Positions 60,662 through 64,000 of a stretch of DNA of 64,000 bases are shown in pieces. The notes beneath the pieces are model-generated. The model had not been told where the DNA came from. It worked only from the letters and a program-made list of their open reading frames with translations, and ran no database searches. Within the stretch, counting starts at the first letter, position 1, and every line of letters starts with the position of its first letter. The stretch comes from an uncultured Veillonella sp. (lineage in GTDB: Bacteria > Bacillota > Negativicutes > Veillonellales > Veillonellaceae). The position numbers and the translations under genes were made by a program. The DNA is taken from NCBI GenBank assembly GCA_963518505.1, contig CAUQIT010000012.1, forward strand, positions 6,858 to 70,857. The letters run 5' to 3'.

Positions 60662-63061
60662 TTAACCTAAGCCTAAGGCTCGACCAATATGAACTGCTAA
60701 GTATGCACCTACCCAAGCTAGGATACTAGTGTAAGCAAATACGGCACCGAACCATTTCCAGGAGTCAGTTTCACGTTTTAATACCGCCATAGTCGCCAAG
60801 CATGGTAAATATAGCAAGGCGAATACCATCAAGCCTAAACCGATGGCTGGTGTGAAGTCTGGATCAGTAGACAAGAATTCTTCCAAGGATTTAGAATCTG
60901 CATCACTTGCTTCGATCGCGTAAATAGTACCTAATGTACTTACCATTACTTCTTTCGCTGCTACTGCGGCTATTACGGCAATGTTCACACGCCAGTTAAA
61001 TCCAAGTGGTTCCATTATAGGTTGAATAAAACGTCCTAATTCAGCTGCATAGGATTGTTCAATTTTTTCTTTACCTTGTTGAAGATCTAATTCTTTGATT
61101 TCACCTTCTTCAACTTTATGGTTTACATATAAAGTCCAAGCCACTGGATATAATTCGTCAGCTTTTAACTCTTCAAAGTATGCAGGTTCTTCTATAGTTT
61201 CTTCTTCAATTGTTTCTGCACCATCTTGAGTTACTTCTTCTACAGTAACTTCTTCCTCTTCAGCTGGCGGGTCATCTTTATGCTCTTCGTCTAAAGCAAG
61301 CATTTGATCATAAATAGCAGCGACTTTATCTTTGTCTTCATCATTTGCTAATTGCGCTTCATCTAGAATTGTGGCAGCTGTTTGCTCATGCATAGCAGTT
61401 ACTTCTGCTTTTGCTGCATCATAATCTTGAGAGTATTCTACATCTTGTGGGAAGGATGTTAAGAACCAAATCAAGATGGATGCTGCCAAGATGAATGTAC
61501 CTGCTTTTTTAAGGTACATCACGGAACGTTCCCACATATGAATGCCTACGGAACGAAGTGTTGGCATATGGTATGGAGGCATTTCCATTACGAATGGTTC
61601 TGCTTCACCTTTAAATACATAGGTACGAAGTACTTTTGCAGTTACAACAGCTACGACGATACCCAATGTATAGATACCTAACAAGATCGTTGGTGCATCT
61701 TCTGGTGGGAAGAATGCTGATGCTAGTAATGTATATACTGGTAAACGAGCACTACAACTCATAAATGGAGATACTAAGATCGTAATCATACGGTCTCTTG
61801 GGTTGTCAAGGATACGAGCACCCATGATGGATGGTACGTTACAACCAAAGCCCAATAGCATAGGGATGAAAGATTTACCATGTAAACCTACCCCACGCAT
61901 CACACGGTCGATAACGAATGCCGCACGAGCCATGTAACCAGTATCTTCTAAGAAGGAAATAGAAACGAATAATAGAACGATGTGAGGGATAAAGCTAATA
62001 ACAGCCCCTACACCACCGATGATACCATCATTCAGCAAGGATTTTAACAAGCCATCTTCAAGATTAGCTCCGATGAAATCTGTTAATAATTTGAAAGCAC
62101 TTTCCAACCATCCTTTAGGATATTCTGCTATGTTGATAACTAAGTAGAACATAACCCACATGATGCATAAGAAGATAGGAATCCCCAACCAACGATTCGT
62201 TAAGATTTTATCGATGTTGTCGGATTTTGTATCTTCATGTTCAGGCACTACTTCTAGCACGCCGTTGAATACGTCTACTGCAAAACGATGACGGTATTCT
62301 TGGAACACGATATCCATATCAACAGATTTGTTCAATTCTGTGCGCAATGCTTCTGCTTTGCTAAGCACCACACCAGATTTGTCTAATTCTTGTACTTTTT
62401 CTAAGATATCTGTATCTTGTTCTAATAACTTGATAGCTACCCAACGATGTGGATAACGACCAGTGTCAAGTTTTGCTACTTCTGCCTCTAATTCTGCGAT
62501 AGCTGGCTCCAATACGTCGCCATAGTTAACGCGAACATTAGGAATTTTGCGTTCTTTAGATACTTTCACAATGCCACGTAGCGCACCTTCTGTACCTTTA
62601 TTAACACGGCCGATAGTTTCTACTACTGTGGAACCTGTTAATTCTTCTAATTTTTTATTATTGAACTTTAAACCCATTTCTTTTGCCACGTCTACCATGT
62701 TCAAAACAAGTAGCAATGGTTGTTCTAGTTCAATTAATTGTGCTGTTAAGTACAGGTTACGTTCTAGATTGGACGCATCCACTACATTGGCAATCAATTC
62801 TGGGTTTTCATTGATGATAACGTTACGTGCTGCCAATTCATCGAGAGAACGTGCTGTTAAGGAGTATGTACCTGGTAAGTCGATGATTTCAATGTCATGA
62901 CCATCGATTTTCGTTTCCCCAACTTTTTTCTCTACTGTAACACCGGCGTAGTTACCTACGTGTTGACGGGATCCCGTCATATTGTTAAAAATACTTGTTT
63001 TACCACAGTTAGGGTTACCCGCTAAAGCAACCTGAATCTTGGTATGTGTGTTGTCTGCCAT
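60662..63061 (-). CDS. feoB: Ferrous iron transporter FeoB
   Basis: Has the N-terminal G-domain GNPNCGKTS and DLPGTYS, followed by a polytopic permease domain. Confidence 0.95.
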   Translation of the reverse strand: MADNTHTKIQVALAGNPNCGKTSIFNNMTGSRQHVGNYAGVTVEKKVGETKIDGHDIEIIDLPGTYSLTARSLDELAARNVIINENPELIANVVDASNLERNLYLTAQLIELEQPLLLVLNMVDVAKEMGLKFNNKKLEELTGSTVVETIGRVNKGTEGALRGIVKVSKERKIPNVRVNYGDVLEPAIAELEAEVAKLDTGRYPHRWVAIKLLEQDTDILEKVQELDKSGVVLSKAEALRTELNKSVDMDIVFQEYRHRFAVDVFNGVLEVVPEHEDTKSDNIDKILTNRWLGIPIFLCIMWVMFYLVINIAEYPKGWLESAFKLLTDFIGANLEDGLLKSLLNDGIIGGVGAVISFIPHIVLLFVSISFLEDTGYMARAAFVIDRVMRGVGLHGKSFIPMLLGFGCNVPSIMGARILDNPRDRMITILVSPFMSCSARLPVYTLLASAFFPPEDAPTILLGIYTLGIVVAVVTAKVLRTYVFKGEAEPFVMEMPPYHMPTLRSVGIHMWERSVMYLKKAGTFILAASILIWFLTSFPQDVEYSQDYDAAKAEVTAMHEQTAATILDEAQLANDEDKDKVAAIYDQMLALDEEHKDDPPAEEEEVTVEEVTQDGAETIEEETIEEPAYFEELKADELYPVAWTLYVNHKVEEGEIKELDLQQGKEKIEQSYAAELGRFIQPIMEPLGFNWRVNIAVIAAVAAKEVMVSTLGTIYAIEASDADSKSLEEFLSTDPDFTPAIGLGLMVFALLYLPCLATMAVLKRETDSWKWFGAVFAYTSILAWVGAYLAVHIGRALGLG

Positions 63062-63075
63062 CTTAGCAATTCTCC

Positions 63076-63306
63076 TTATTGGACTTCAATTTCGATCATT
63101 TGTGCTTCACTTACGCGTAGTGATAATTCGAAGTTTTTCACTTTGATTTCCACTGGGTCTGCTAATGGCGCATACTTCATAACACGCACAGCCGTTCCTG
63201 GTACAACACCCATGTCCACCAAGCGATGCTTAATGTTGCCAGATCCATTGATAGCTACAACAGTACCAACTTCACCGGGCTTCATCTCGGATAATTTCTT
63301 AACCAT
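63076..63306 (-). CDS. feoA: FeoA-family protein
   Basis: An SH3-like FeoA sequence (LSEMKPGEVGTV...). An AGGAGG RBS precedes the ATG at 63306. The track ORF is extended to 63336. Confidence 0.88.
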   Translation of the reverse strand: MVKKLSEMKPGEVGTVVAINGSGNIKHRLVDMGVVPGTAVRVMKYAPLADPVEIKVKNFELSLRVSEAQMIEIEVQ

Positions 63307-63761
63307 AGTACACCTCCTACATACAAAATATAACAACCAAACCTATCATATATAATTATATGAGTAATATTTATATTATAGCACATTATAAAATATTATC
63401 AATAATTAATCTCGTTTTATTTTTATCGTTTTGTGAAATTATAAATCTATTTTTATCAAGTGTATTTTGTGCAAACAATCTATTTATCAAGAGTATATTA
63501 ATCATGCCTTTTTATTATTCTCAATTTTTTCTTTTTAATTAATAATGATATGTAAGGTATATATTTCTCATTATCTATAACTAAAAATGATTCTATAAAT
63601 ACTTATAAAGAATACCTATTTGGAGCTAATACCCTTTCCTTCACAACTAAACCATCTATTCCATGGCATTACATCACTATGTGAAAGAACTTTCACAGGT
63701 CCACCTAGCTAGAAATATGATATAATAATACTATTAAGTCATTTAGAAACGGAGATACATT

Positions 63762-64000
63762 ATGAAATCATTTCAATCCTTAGGCATCGTGCCTGAACTG
63801 ATACAAGCATTACAAAAGGTGGACGTGAAAGAACCAACGCCGATCCAAGAAAAATCGATTCCCCTCATCTTCAAAGGACAAGATGTAATCGCCAAAGCCC
63901 AAACAGGGACAGGCAAAACGCTGGCATTCTTGTTACCACTATTGCAACGCATCCACGTAGATGTGCAACAGGAGCAAGCCCTTATCATCGCCCCTACACG
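63762..64000 (+). CDS. DEAD-box ATP-dependent RNA helicase, 5' fragment (runs off the window)
   Basis: My translation reads [19 protein letters not shown]...[10 protein letters not shown]...[13 protein letters not shown], which covers the Q-motif and motif I. Confidence 0.88.
   Translation, partial: MKSFQSLGIVPELIQALQKVDVKEPTPIQEKSIPLIFKGQDVIAKAQTGTGKTLAFLLPLLQRIHVDVQQEQALIIAPT

Overview
The window looks like a chromosomal segment of a Negativicutes (Veillonella-like) genome. The inference rests on a Firmicute-style rimP-nusA-ylxR-ylxQ-infB-rbfA-nrnA-truB-ribF operon sitting next to family-9 LPS heptosyltransferases. Almost everything is on the minus strand.

The core content includes:
- rlmD, a TerC-family protein, a 3D-domain wall protein, a SemiSWEET and nhaA
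- the purD-purN-purM-purF cluster with divergent purL
- hpf, a cold-shock protein and a polar amino-acid ABC transporter
- a stand-alone small RNA (probably 6S)
- an HD-GYP protein, comFC, recD2 and a chorismate mutase/shikimate kinase fusion
- the nusA/infB operon, an M18 aminopeptidase, two heptosyltransferases and cfa
- a P1B ATPase next to feoAB, and a DEAD-box helicase fragment

Two visibly AT-richer accessory islands interrupt this core.

Island 1 (1..~5240) holds an LlaJI/HgaI-type restriction system with two m5C methyltransferases and a McrB-like GTPase that runs off the window edge. Next to it is an unassigned two-gene cassette: a 145-aa RNase-H/DUF3010-like protein tightly coupled to a soluble Hanks-type Ser/Thr kinase. 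This cassette is my best candidate for an undescribed defence system.

Island 2 (~43990..57700) holds:
- a tyrosine recombinase
- a silent hsdS TRD (target-recognition domain) cassette
- an Rpn-family nuclease flanked by ~130-bp direct repeats
- a type I R-M system in the order hsdR-hsdS-hsdM, preceded by an extra half-size HsdS-like ORF
- a Fic protein, a short HipA-like kinase with an unknown 79-aa partner, and a paralogous 90-aa protein followed by two unknown polytopic membrane proteins

I found no CRISPR array, tRNA, rRNA or prophage structural genes.
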